A stretch of DNA of 64,000 bases from Phoronis australis (Eukaryota; Animalia; Phoronida), in contig NMRA01000464.1 of assembly GCA_002633005.1 (NCBI GenBank), positions 294,623 through 358,622 on the forward strand. Direction: 5' to 3'. Of the stretch, positions 38,163 to 51,900 are shown in pieces; the stretch's first letter is position 1; each line of letters opens with the position of its first letter. The position numbers were made by a program, and so were the translations under genes. Below the pieces are notes generated by a model. That model ran no database searches and had not been told where the DNA came from. It saw only the letters and a program-made list of their open reading frames with translations.

Positions 38163-38699
38163 GCAAATTCACTATTCAGTCTTCATTGTCAGTCAAGCTG
38201 TGCATGAAATAAAAAACACAGCAACAATTAGTCAAGTAAAAAGTGTTACGTAACAAATGCAGCAACCTGCATCGACATCAATTTGTTAACAAGCTCTGTC
38301 ACTGTCCCATCCAAGCAACCACATCATTATTATTCTATACTCATTGATGAGTATGTCGTGACGTAAACACGTGACTGGTCGGGAAGGTCATCCTGCTCCA
38401 TCCGATCTAATAAAATTTGTCGCATTATAGCGAAATTTAAACAAATATGTACTAAAACACTGCCTGTGACTATCAATACAACAACACACTGTATTTCAAA
38501 AAGTTCGTGCAATAAAACATCAATTTCAGAATGCTGCAATTCATAACCACGTGACACCTCCACGTCCCTTGTACGACGATTTGTCCCGACTTTCTCGACG
38601 CCTAAATAGCACTAAATTCAACAGCAGTTATTACCACTTTAAAGTACTCCAATTAACTCCAAATTTCGATGTGGTACAGGTGAAACAACACTCTTGAAG

Positions 38700-38940
38700 A
38701 CTGTGCAGTTGAATATCGATACACTAAGCAAATATGTTCAAAATCGTGCAAAAATCAGCCAACAATAATGGCGGACATCAATTGATTAATCGTGAACTCC
38801 ACACAACAAAAATGCGGGACCATTTCATTTAAATAAGATATGACGTCAATTCAGCCTACCCCCCTATCGACGCTATTCATCGATTGGTTCGTTTCATGAT
38901 TATATTAGCTGTTCTAATTCACGGCATCATCGATGATAAA
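38700..38940 (-). promoter_or_regulatory. Probable KANSL1 promoter / 5' non-coding exon region
   Basis: TATCGATA (38714-38721), ATGGCGG (YY1-like, 38768-38774), TGACGTCA (38841-38848) and minus-strand CCAAT (38883-38887), upstream of the acceptor at 38197. Confidence 0.5.
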
Positions 38941-39973
38941 CTGTTCATTTTCAGGTTTTCAAGGTCAATTTCAATGTTAAGAAAATTATTTCAATATTAT
39001 AAATTTAGGCAAATATCACCATAGTGCTTACAGTTTATTTTTTTCCAAATTTTACATTGAAATGTAATTCAGAAGTCATTTAAAGTGGGAGTGAGTAATC
39101 ATAAAGAACTCACTCCAGCTTGACACCCTTCTCAAAGGCCTGTAGTACAAGAAACAACAATGCGGTGAGATTGCAGTGGACCGCGCCAAAACATTATGCG
39201 CTTTTGTTAATAACGAGGAATTACGTCGTCCGGAACACGTCTCCATGAACTTTTCCCGTGTAAATTTGAGAGGAAAAGTAACATACTTTGTTACAAACAT
39301 GCGGGGAAACGTATGAATAAATGTTTATTTAGCATTATAAATATAGGCACCGCACCTCAAGGAAACGTATAATTTTGGAAATCAAGCAATGCGGGAAGAA
39401 CGAGAGTGATATTTAGCGTAAGATAGGATGACAGAATTTGCACTATTTTTTTTTAAACAACTCCCGAAGCCACCTACAGAAGTAACAGTAGAGATAAAAG
39501 TGAATTTGCCAAAACCGCCCGCCACTGATATATCACAACCGCTCACCAAATCTTTCTGATAATCCTTATATTCAATAAAAACGCAACGAATCACAGCAAA
39601 TAGACATTAGTTAACGAAAAAAATATAGGAAATAGGAGTTTTAACAATATGAACAAAAGTGCCATTGGGGATATTATTCATTTGTTTAATCTCGAAATTT
39701 ATTTGTGTCTGGACATCTATGATCTATTTCATGAAAAGTGGCTGAAGACTAAGGCTCCAACTTCATAATTGCTAAATAAATGTTTTGCCAAGTAATTATG
39801 AGAGTAACTAGCAGTAATGTGTGTTAGTGAAATTTAATTATTTTTTAGAAGTAGTTGGGTGGAACGTAAGATCAAATTTCCGACTTGTCACTTTTCACGA
39901 AACAGACCGCTGGTGTGAGACAATAGAAAAATGAAACGATCCTCTTTTTTCCGTTTTCCTTTTCGTTATATCA

Positions 39974-40484
39974 TTAGGTTATGTACATGTAGGACCCTAT
40001 AAAATGGCCAAATTTCGGGATATCATATCTTAGAAAAGACTGATTGGATTCTTGTGAAACTTTCAGATACTTTGATGTGGCCACTTTTTTTAAAAATTTG
40101 TTAGGAATTGTTTTAGAATTGTCTAATTTTGTATGACAGGCTATCATAAGATAGGACTTCTATGATTTTCATGACAAATCTTTAAGTTTTTATAAAACGA
40201 AAACGATGAGATATTTTGAAAAATTGCAACAGCGCTTTTGAGTCTCACTTTGAACATTTACATCAAATAAAATTTGACCATGTTATTGATATCGTTGTTT
40301 TGCGATCAATATACCTTTCTTTTTGTTAAATTTTAATAAAAAAACATGGCCACGTGCCCCATTTAATAAGAGATTGGTACAAAGTCAAAAATCAAATTCT
40401 ACAGGCGTTCTACTTTCAGAAAATAAATATTTTCACTGACTTTTCTGAATATTTTGTTAAATCCATAGTTCCAACATAACCTAA
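39974..40484. mobile_element. ~510 bp MITE with short TIRs
   Basis: TTAGGTTATGT ... ACATAACCTAA, with further matching (GGAxCxAT) once an ACATGT insertion in the left end is allowed. Confidence 0.6.
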
Positions 40485-43400
40485 AGACACTGAGGTGTCA
40501 GGCACACAGATGCGCCCGACATGCGCCAAAAGCAAGTAGTCTGGCAAAGCAAATAATTACATTTGAAATAGTGAATAACAGTTATCCTAATTTGTACTAG
40601 GGTCATTAGACAAAAACAGTACTGATCTGCTCACGACTGGGTGTGAAGCTGTGAAATACTCATTTTGGAAACAAATATATGAGAGGATGAGACGGGGACG
40701 TCAACTACGACCCCTCCCCCTGCTTGCTCATATTTATAGTGCTACTATGGATACATTCACAGCTCCTAACGCATTCGTGATAATGAATTATTGCTATAGA
40801 GTTGTATGCTGGGAGACTGTCCCAGGGACATAAACAAGTTGACCTGTCCTACCAGCGACTTCTCAACTTTTCTGGTTGAGAGTTCATCGAAGTTTAGACA
40901 ATTTCAACCATTTTGTGTTTTTTACGAACTTCAGTTCGCCAGGACTTGAAACGTTTGTTCAGCAATTTCTGTATGAAATAAAAAGCTGCTGTACTAACTT
41001 CGAGACAAGACACGTTAAATTGCCTTTATGCTATTGTGCTCAAAACTGGAGCAACTGATCATGAATAAATCAATCAATTTCTGAAACTAATCTTGATAGT
41101 GAACTTTCTGCACCCCGGACCCCTCTCTTTCGAAAATCGGTGACCGCTTAATTAGAGCACTCCAACTGTTTTCGTCTGCGTGATTACTTCAACCTATGGG
41201 CACGAGCAAACAGAAAAAAAAAACGCTGTCGGCAGACCATTCTAACGACTTGCGGACATTTTCCTTGAAAACCGTATATTTTCCTTGTCCCCCCTCTTCC
41301 CTCCTCGCCATCCCCATCCTACATGAAGGTCTTTCAGTGCCGATTTCACTCGATGTCGGACTTGTGCCTTCGTGCGGACATTTCCTTTGAGACAGTAAGA
41401 GATCGGACCATTTTCACACAATATGCACACATGTCGGTCTTATGAAACTGTAGTTGTGGATTTCGTCATCAGCTCTAACGCGGTTGCTCATTTTGCTGTG
41501 TGTGTTGCCTAGACTGAAACCATACAACGCTATTGAAGTGAAGGACCAATGAGAATAGATCTAAAAAGTTGTAATGCCGCCACTTCACGGAACTATAAAT
41601 AAATATGACGGTGATAGTCATGTGTTTGTGACACGAGTGATTACATGCACACGCAAGCGACGAAACTGAAAGTGTCTGGTATTCCACGAGCATTACCGGG
41701 TATGCATAAGCTTTCACAAGTTCTCACTACTAGCCATAATGTAGAATCCTTTCAAGATAAAAAGTATGAACAAAAACTATCCAAAAGAAAGAACCGTCGT
41801 ATTAGGTCTATCTCTTTTCTCAACTGATCAATGCTTCGTTGTTTTAAACCAATGATTATGATTATGTCAGTAAATCATCACGATAACCTGCGGATCACCC
41901 TACTTTCTATATTTTCATGAGAACATCGCCGGTCTGTTGTAGAATGAACCGAAAAGGATAACAACTGAGTTCTAACTCGTAAGGCTATTTTGCTTTATTG
42001 GAAAAACTTGCGAATAATTATCTCCTGGTATACTCAATTAAACTGTCTGAGGCCCAAAGAAAATTATAAGCAAATCATTGCCTAATGCAGTTCTGTTTTC
42101 AACGTGTTGTGGTCCAGTTGTATTCGGATTCGGTAGGCTACAAGATGGTGAACAAGAACCTGATAAAAATTGACATATCCAGTTATCGAAGGTCTGCATA
42201 CGCATTACAAATTATCAATAACAAGGTACATCTAGCACACCCTGATATTGCATTTATTTGATATCGTTATTTTATGGCGAAAATGTCATTTTCATAACCA
42301 ATCAATACATTCTTTGAAGTAATCCACCTTGAGCAGCACGTGTCACACATAAGAGCTGTGTGCCTCACTTTACATTTCGTCAACGCGAGATAACCGAATA
42401 GTTTCGTGAGAGTTTCTGCTGATTTCAGATCATAAAATGCACGTTTCTTTTGTTGGTTCCATGAAGAGAAAGTAAAAGACGTACAACGATAATAAAATAT
42501 GGCTCATACAGGCTACTCTCGTGCGCGTTCTTCAGCAAACGTCGCGCTTGGCCGTCAAGCTTTACGTAGCTATTGGCAACGGTGACTCAGTTGTGTTTAA
42601 ATCAGAGTGATCTGATGGCAAAATTTTGATGCCGAATTTTTTCGCCTACTTTTATACTGTTTTAACACATCAAAAAAGATTTATGTTAGCAAACGTGTTT
42701 GTTGTTGGAAGATTGGATTCGAAATGTAGACTTGGGTCCTACAATTTGAAAGAAGTTCATAGTTTTCCACAAGAATGGTTAATATATAATGGTTGCGCTC
42801 AGTACTACCATGTATGTAGAAAACATCAACTTCAAGGCTTTTACGTATCGTCACATTACCTTTATCTGTAACACCATAACCCTGCCTAAAACAGACTTGT
42901 TGCGTCTTTCGACACATCTTTCTTTCAAAGCAACAGATTATGTTCTAACTTAAAAGTTACGGCACTATGGACATCATTTGTGTCAGGTTTATTTTATTTT
43001 ACTGAGAATATAAAACTACAACCGCAGTGCTGCGTTTCCAATGCCGCAAGCTCCCACGTGTCCTACTCTCTTGTTGCAGCGATTGTCCTCCATGGTGAAT
43101 CCTTAAATTCCAGCCATTTCACAACTTATTGCCGGAACAAAGAGATCCAAAAAATGGCTCCACTATGATGACGACAGAAAATTGAACTGTTCTTTTGGGG
43201 AGGTACAGAAGAGCCAAGCGTTTTTGGCAATCTGCGTCCAATCGAACCTCTACAAGGGTTCAACTAAGATATAAAGAATAGTCAAGCACATCTACACTGA
43301 AGATCTTAGATTGGGCAAGTGTATATTTACATCTTAGAATCTAATTTTCTCTACTGTTTTTTCGACACCACTACGTACTAAGATCTTCGTTTAATACGTA

Positions 43401-45792
43401 ACATATACCTGGCAGACAGTACACGCATCTAGAAACCAGCTTACATCAGCCAGTCGAAGTCTTGGGTTAGTTCATTGGTCAAGATTTGAAAACTTTATAG
43501 TTCAAGGTAAACATTTTGCGTACCACTACAAATAGAATAGACATTGGCCGCGGTGAACACATCACAGCTAGTCTCAGTAACGTCATGTCTCGACGAGACG
43601 CTTCAATTTTGATATTCCCCCACATTGAAACTTCCCTTTTCAAAGCTTCTTCTTTTATTGAGCACATGTACAGACCTTTTCACAAAATTCGGAAACTGAC
43701 GATTTGTGCTTTTACTGGTATTCGTACGCTTTTTAAAGCGTATAACTTAAAAACTGTTTAATTGTCAAGTGTCAACATAAATGTCCTTATTTCTTCAAAC
43801 TAAATTAGGATGAGTACACTCGAGCAATTCAGACGGATGTAAAACTCACCCCAAAGTTCATTTTCTCATACTATAACATGTTCTGATCAGTTCAGTTCTC
43901 GATGTAGTGAGTGATCTCATTCGGTACACCCCAAGTGTACAAATCGCCCAGTGCTCTAACCACTTTTCTGTTCTTGAGGCACACAGTGGCAAGAGTAAAA
44001 CATGAACATTTTACTCATTCCGGGAAAATCAATTTTACTTTCCTTGAAGGGCTTTTTGCCCTTTGAACAGGGAATGAACTTTTTACATACTCTTACTCCA
44101 ACTTAATTTCAGCTAGTGCCAACTGTATCTGATGCAAAAACAATATCATTAAACCTGAAAAGACCGCTTAGATGTTTATATAACGCAAAAACTAAATCAT
44201 TATCTGGTTGCTTGGATTATGCACATTATTGAAGTTTAACAATCCTGGAACTATGGCAGACCTGATTAGTGGAGGTACTCACGCTGGCCGTTAAAGTTCT
44301 GTTCCCATTTTTAAAACCCAGGAGCTCCTCTTGTAGGCCCGCTAAAGATACGAAAAAATTTGTGTTATCTTTGAACTCAACTAATGAAGAAGCCATGTGT
44401 TGAGATAAAATTGTCAGGGACAATTAAAATACTGTACTACTGATCAAAAAACAGTTTATTTTGCAATTTGGCACAAGTCACATTTCTCATCGAATATCAA
44501 TAGGATGATTACTACTGAGGTAGTAGATCTCTATTTCAAGTGATTTAAAAAGTACTGCAAAGAAATAGACTCTTGAATACAAATAGTGTAAGTCTACATG
44601 AAATCATTATCTAGCCACAGTTATCAAATATTAGGTCACAGCAATGACAAAAGAAAAGTTGTTGGTGGTAAAATTACATACTAATGGTGTCCAAATATCC
44701 CTCAAGAAAGCCAAAATAAAATTATACAGTAAGTAAATAAACATTAATAATTATATTAACTCTCTATTGATCATGTGCAAAATAACACAACTGTGATTGG
44801 ATCAAAAACTCAACATTTACTTCACTTTAAGCTTCAACTGGAAGTTAATATCACATAGGACATGATTGCCTATGGAAACTAACCTGTTTTTTAAAGGTAT
44901 TTAATTCAAAGATCCCTTGCCAGTTACATCAGCATGTAGACATGAATTGTGTGTACACAGATGAAAGGAACGATGAGTAACATACATACAGCACAGTGGA
45001 TAGGCTGTTTTGTTCTTTAAGTGGCGCTATTAATTGGTAAAATTCTACAATTTGAGACAGTGAATTTTTGGGAGGTCATGATAATAGAACAAAGGCTGAT
45101 TGTTTCATCTTTCCAACATTTGGTTGACAAAACAGCCTTTCTTTCCCCAAGACAACTAATTTTCCAAAGCCAGGGAAGAGCAGCAGATGACCTCTATACA
45201 GTTTCTCAGTGCACCACAGAGAATATCTATGGCTGTGAGAAAACAGAACATCACACTTATGTTGCAATTCAAACTTGCAAAAATTTCATTCCTTTTTACA
45301 ATAATCATTTCCACTGATAATATTATCCCTGAGCAATCAACAATCCTACCAAGTTTTGTAATCTGGCAGGCCTCTATGAAGCTGGAATCACCCGTTCATT
45401 AATTGAATAACAAAGCATCAGAGAACAGGTTGCAATACTGTCAGCTAAGAGCAGTTTGGCATGGAATTTTAATTGAGTAAACAAACATGTCAGTCATGAA
45501 TTAATTTTCTCAGAATTAATCCTGTGCAATTTAGTAGAACTCAGAATCCCACAAAATTTGTATCTCTTTGCACAAATTTTCTTTAGTAAAAATTTGCCTG
45601 AAAAATACTGTGATTATTAAAGACATTTTTAACATGGGAATGGCACTAATGAGTCAAATATTCTGTCTTTAGGACAAGAGGTAGGAGAAAATTAAGAGTT
45701 CAAGATCAATTAGGCCTAATGATTTGCGGACGACAAGTCAGGTTTTCCACTTAGGTTCATATTCTGAAAACTTGACATTAGCAGGTGTAACC

Positions 45793-45973
45793 TCATTTTG
45801 TGGAGACAATTGGCCGAGCAATGAGCTCCTTCATGATCTCATTACTGCCTCCATAGATGGGCTGTACACGGGCGTCAGCGAAGGCCTTAGCAATGGGGTA
45901 CTCCCACATGTAGCCCCAACCACCGTGCATCTGTAGACAACGTGTAGCCACCATATTCTGTAGGTCAGTTGCC
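45793..45973 (-). CDS. ACADL: ACADL last coding exon (181 nt)
   Basis: WATDLQN...HGGWGYMWEYPIAK...IARPIVSTK*. Confidence 0.93.
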
Positions 45974-48900
45974 CTGTAACAGCAGTGAATATTTAGAACA
46001 CTTGTAAAATTTTGAGTTGGGTTGAATCCCTGTGCAACCAGAAATGTGAGAAAACATCCCTATTTGTTATTTTTGAGAGTTAACTCATATTTCATTTTTG
46101 CGAAATTTCTTGATATGAAATTCTGCTCTGCCCTATTCTGTTATCTTTTAGTTTATTATTTGTCTGAGGAATAAATTATTACCAGTACTTTATGAAACAG
46201 ACCCACGCGAATCTACTAGTGAATAGACTGTCATAAATAACTAGATTCCAAAGTGCCATCCTTTTTGGCATAACAGGTAATATGTAGGTTGTTAACAAAA
46301 ATACACTGAAATATGGTAAATGCCACAAAAATAATGAACTGTGAACTAAAGGTGTTTTTTGTACTCCAAGAATCATCACAAAATGTTTGTGAAAGGGACA
46401 AAAGTTAGGAAAATATTGCCAGAGTTGACTCTAATTGCAAAGAAATGATGCATGTTTATTTTTACAGACTCTGAACAACATTTGCATCCTCCACAAGGTG
46501 AGTGCTTCTATGTCAAGTACTACATTCTCAGCTCAAATTGAAAACAATTTCCACTGGACAGGTGTAGAAAACAAAAATTCACACATAAGAAGCGCATTCA
46601 ATAAGGCAGGGTCTCGCTGCCAGCCACTTCTTGAAAACCTTTTAGCAACCGAACATCCGTGATCACTCTCGACAGCTTGTTCGCTTAGAAATCCAAGATA
46701 ATGTTCTATGCGACTTAAAAGTTTGATGGTTACCATGATCAACGACAATGATTCTATGCAGTACAAATTGGAAGTATGCCATGATATGCACAAGACTGAT
46801 GGACGTAAATATCATAACTTTGGTACACAAATAAATACTTTAGCCAAATGACGTAAACTTCCCTTCTACTAAATACAGGAACCTTTCTTTGTTTTCTTAA
46901 GTGAATGCAAGCTGTCATTCAATAGTAAGCTCTCATATTAGGCATCCACACATTCTTTTGAACAGGTGACAGCTTTGATGAAAAATCTTCGATATCTGTG
47001 TTTGAGCTGTCTAACTGGATGCGTTTGAAGTTAAAATTCAAACAACTTTAGTTCTCTTCAATTAGAGCTAACTGTGGCAATCTTTCCCTTCTTCACATTG
47101 AGCGTTAGTGATCCACCAACATTGGCTAATAGGCATTTAACGGCCGTCATATAGGGAACTTCATCAAAATTTCAACGACAGACAGGCTTAAATCCACTTG
47201 TGATTAGTAGTGGAAGAGCTTAAAACGTTTTGAATATTTTACACATGTAATGTAAGTTGTACTCTAGCAAAAAAGTCACTATGTAAAAGTTAACGAAAAA
47301 GTTATTTTGCTTTCAGAACAAAATATTCTACATTTAAGCCTATAAAAATCATGTATTTTCTGATGGAAATCACAGGTGTGTTGTCCAAGCTGCAAAAGTG
47401 CAATTGCTATTATACAAAAATTTTGAAAGAAGAAGTAGAATCAACACAAAGCTTAGTATTTTGTCCACATTTTTGTTAAGAAATGCATACGGCTTGGCAT
47501 TTGAAATACCTATCCCAGGCAATTAGCAACAGTTGTCAATTCAAAAGAAAGATGAGGTTAAAGGAGAATGCCACCCAAAAACAACCAATTTTGTATCAAT
47601 TTAGATGAAGTGGGTCCACTCGATAACAGCAAGTTCAGTTGTTTTACCTGACACCTGACGACAGACGGAGGTGATGAAATTAACCAACGACGTAATCGGT
47701 TCGAATGCAGTCTGTTCTGCCGTTCACAACACGCTTACTGGTGTCAACTTATCGCTTGAATTCATCGCTTTACACCAATAAACCATCAAATTAAGATGTA
47801 AAACTCTTAGAAATACGTTGAATTCGTTTATATGTATTTGAACGTACGGTAGCCTACAGAGTTCGGTCAAGGGGTGTAGACTCCTAGGTTTGGTAGGTCA
47901 ATTTAACATGGTTGATCGCAGGAGTTTGGATGTCTTTGGTGATAAATTCGAATCATTCTTCCGTGAAATACAGACATGAAAGATAGCTGTGTGTTGTACG
48001 TTTACACTTGCGATTTTTTCAGTTCTAAACACACAAAATGCTTGTTATTAAAGCATCAGAACCTGATCAGGCCCGTCGCGGCCGCCGGGACTGGACATCA
48101 CGAACATAAACCAGCTTAAATTGAAAACTGAACCTCCAGCCACGAAAAGACTATACTGGTGAGCCAAAAAAATAATGTGCACGTAATTATTTTGGTGAAT
48201 TAGCCACGAAATTGCAAATCTACTTATAGTCGGGGGCCGCAAAGTCAAGTTGCCCTTTTACAGAACCATCAGGGCAAAAGTTGCACAGCACCTAACAACG
48301 CTGTGAATAATGTATTTGTATATCTAAATAAAGATTCCCCTAACATGTGACCATAGAATATAAAATCGAGTTATTGTTTCACAATTTTTGTCAGCAAACA
48401 CTGAATTAGCATGCGCTCACACTGCCTCGGTGCCTGGTCAGCATCTGAAGACGGTAATGCAGTGGTTTATTCATTGCTGGCTTCTCAAAACATTTGCACT
48501 CACGACTACAAACTGTATCTAATGAGACAGACTTTGTTTCAGTTTTATATAAGCATTGGTTAGGGTGAGAATAATTCATTTTGAAAAAAAATGCAGAATA
48601 ATAAACGTCAACATGGCAACTTACTATCCCGAATTAGACGAGAGCTCATCCGGCGAAGACTTTGCAGGTGGGTCATTAAATTTCACAGGCTTTCAGTTCC
48701 AACCGCAATACAGTGATCAAGAAATACCAGAGGCGTCGCGAACATATACAGGCAACGGAACGTATGGATAGTTCTTTGGTAAGCCGGCATTCCTCACACT
48801 CACTGTCGACGTTTGCCGGCCACAGACACGGAGATGTTTCAAGGCCTCATACTTGCTATGAACAGCGTACTTTTCATTCTTCACTACCGCGAGCCACTTC

Positions 48901-51900
48901 TTGAGCATTTCTGATTCTCAAAGAAGTCGAAAAAACGATGTACCCGCTTTCCTCGTTGCTGCATAGTTTGGACAAGTGGGAACGATGCACCACAACAGAG
49001 CGGCATTCACTCTGCAAATGAACCACTGACATCGCTGCGTCGTTTCTCACCTTCCTCAAAGGTTAACGCGACACCTCCCGACAAGGTAAGGTCGACCGTA
49101 TGCAAGATGATGTGGATATAGACCGATTAAGATGGTAAAAAAGACTAATGAAATCGGGTGGCATTCTCCTTTAAGCAAGTTCAAACCTTATTCGCACTCA
49201 CCAGTACTTGGCCATAGAGGCGGTCACTGTGTCCAGCTTGTTTTGAGCGTGCAGCTCAATGCACTGGTCAAGGAAGGCTCGGCCCACCGATATCTGGGTC
49301 TTGAGCTCCGCCAAGTTGTGTTGGGTGGTCTGCATATCAAGAAATAAATGATAAGAATAATTATTATACAACTTAGATTTTTGCCGCACATGGTGAAGTT
49401 TTCATCTCTTGCAATTTTTCCCCTCCACAAGAAAAAGTACTGCAGCCCTTGATAACCACACAACTACATTCGACTAAAGCTAAAACTGCACATGTGACAT
49501 TTTGTAAAACTGGCTCCTGCAAGGCATGGCAACACAGTCTAGCACACAACTTCCTCATACACTTACAAAGCACAAAAGCACAATCAACAGGGGTTCACTG
49601 CTTCATGCCTATTCCTGCTATGTAAGGGGATTTACTACGGCTTCCTACAAGATTTAGTTGTTTTGTGTGCATGCAGAGACTTTGGAACAGACTTATTAGC
49701 TTGGATTCCCAGTACATCACTATAGTCGCTTTGCGATACAGAATCTATCAATTATATTCAATATTGTTGAGGGGGTATTGGGACAAGATTAAAATTGAGA
49801 TATTACATGTTATTTAAACATTACACTTATTGTTGTTTACAATGAATCACGAAGTCTATATTTTGTCAGCTCTGATTTGGTACTTTTACAGTAGAGACGG
49901 AAATTGGTACATACACAAATACTGAGCCAGACAATACATTAGGCTGTTCACATAACCTCAGTGCTCTAGAAGATGAACTTCGTTTTGTGTGTTATTGCAC
50001 ACTAAAAATCCTGATTTCCAAAAAGTACTTGATAATGAATCAGACAATTTGACAATATTTTGATTTTTTTTCTGATGTAAACACTGTAAAAGTTTTAATA
50101 GTTAATCTGTTTAGAGTTTTCTGTTTTTATCTGCAATGCATTTTTGAAATACAGAAAAAAATGGTTTGTTTGATTGATAACAATGGCTTATAACCCCAAT
50201 GGGCTAGATGTTTTTTCAAATGTTGTATAAATTGACAAAATGAATGTTCATAGTTGACGCCGTTACATAGTACAGGGTATAGAGTAGTTACCTAGTGGCG
50301 ACAAAGCTTTCGAGCCTGCCCTGAGCCCTTCGTCGGGGTACTGGCGGGAATCTACGTGTCACACGGTCCCACCAGTGGGTGGCCCTTGGTGGTTGTCCAA
50401 CACCACCTGGTGGCTGTTACTTGCGAGGAGGCGCTGGTAAAAAGCTGGTAATTCATATCCACTGCCTCAGTTCAATTTTGGTTTATTGCTCAGGATTTTG
50501 AATGCTTTTAAGACTTAACGATTCCAATATTTATTTTCTCTAGATAGTATTTTGACTCTAGATTTGCAAATACTGCGCGATGTGTCCATACAGTATTCTC
50601 CTATGGCTGTAGGGTTGCCAGATGATATGCTGAAGTGTTGTTTTAGTCTGGTGCCTAGATTTTGAGAGGTCTCACCAACATATTTGGCAGGAGAATCAGG
50701 GCATTCAATCATTCTTATCACCGTGCACTTCTTGTTGCCTTTTGGGTGTTCCAAGGCACTCCGTAGGGTGTTAAATGACTTGGCGTAGGTGCCCAGTTGG
50801 TGTTCTCTGAAGATGTTAGACACTTTTTCCAAGAGACCATAAATGTACAGATGGCTATGTTGACGTTAAAAGGGTCAGCCTTCTTAGACACTTTGGGTCT
50901 GGGACTGAACATCCACTTGGAGAAGTCACTCTCACGTAACACGTTTGATTCTAGTCTGTTCCGGATGTATGTCATCATCAGGAGTACACCGTATGGACAC
51001 ATCGCACAACATTTGCAAACCTACAGTCAAAACACTATCTAGATAAAATAAATATTGGAATCAAAAAATCAGAGCAGCCAAAATCATGAGTAATAAACCA
51101 AAATTGATCAGAGACAGCGGATATGAATTAGCAGCTATTTACCAGAGCAAGTAACAGCCACCAAGGGGCAGCTACAGGTTACCATGAGACATGAAGATTC
51201 CTGCCAGTACCCCAACGAAGGGTCCAGGACGGGCATGAAAGCTAGGTCAGCAAACACAAACAGGTTGCCAATAGGGAACTACTCTATCCCCTATTGTATA
51301 AATTGTTTAAACCTGTTTAACACGTGTCACTATGGGAAATAAAATCATTCATTCAATTATTCACACAACTTCCTATATATCCCTCAAACAAGTACTTCCA
51401 CCGTTAAGACACAACCAACAACTCACCTGCAAACTAGAGATGGTCTTTCCAAATGCCTTCCTATTTTTCACGTATTCCCTTGTTTCCTCAAACATCCATT
51501 CACAGTTGGCAATGGCAAAATCTGCAATGAGTAGCCGTTCCTGAGGGAGCTCCTGCATCAGGTAGTAGAAGCCCTTGTTCTCCTCCCCCAGGAGGGCGTC
51601 AGCAGGGAGGCGGACATCCTCGAAGAACAGCTCAGCAGTGTCCTGTACATGAAAGAGACATTGATCTCACTGATTTTAGAATGTAGCTATGAACTTTGAC
51701 CTCTTAGAGTAATTTTAGCATTGTAGCCATGCGTTCAGAAGTGTAAATGAGCTAATGCTAGAATGTTGTACAACCATGTCAGTGTAAAACATTACTATCC
51801 TCTCTCCTGTTTCACATGAGCATTCACATGAAAAGCATACATTTCCCATTAATAAAGAGTTCCTTTTAGTGTGAACTACACATTTTCTCATAAACCACAA

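Noticed and set aside
39000-45700. Additional gene between KANSL1 and ACADL
   Set aside because: Only short ORFs with no recognisable motifs or spliceable exon chain; it looks like promoter, repeat remnants and the ACADL 3' UTR.
45778-45795. Stop-codon readthrough of ACADL adding a peroxisomal signal
   Set aside because: The TGA-G context is weak and the extension GYTC is not a PTS1.
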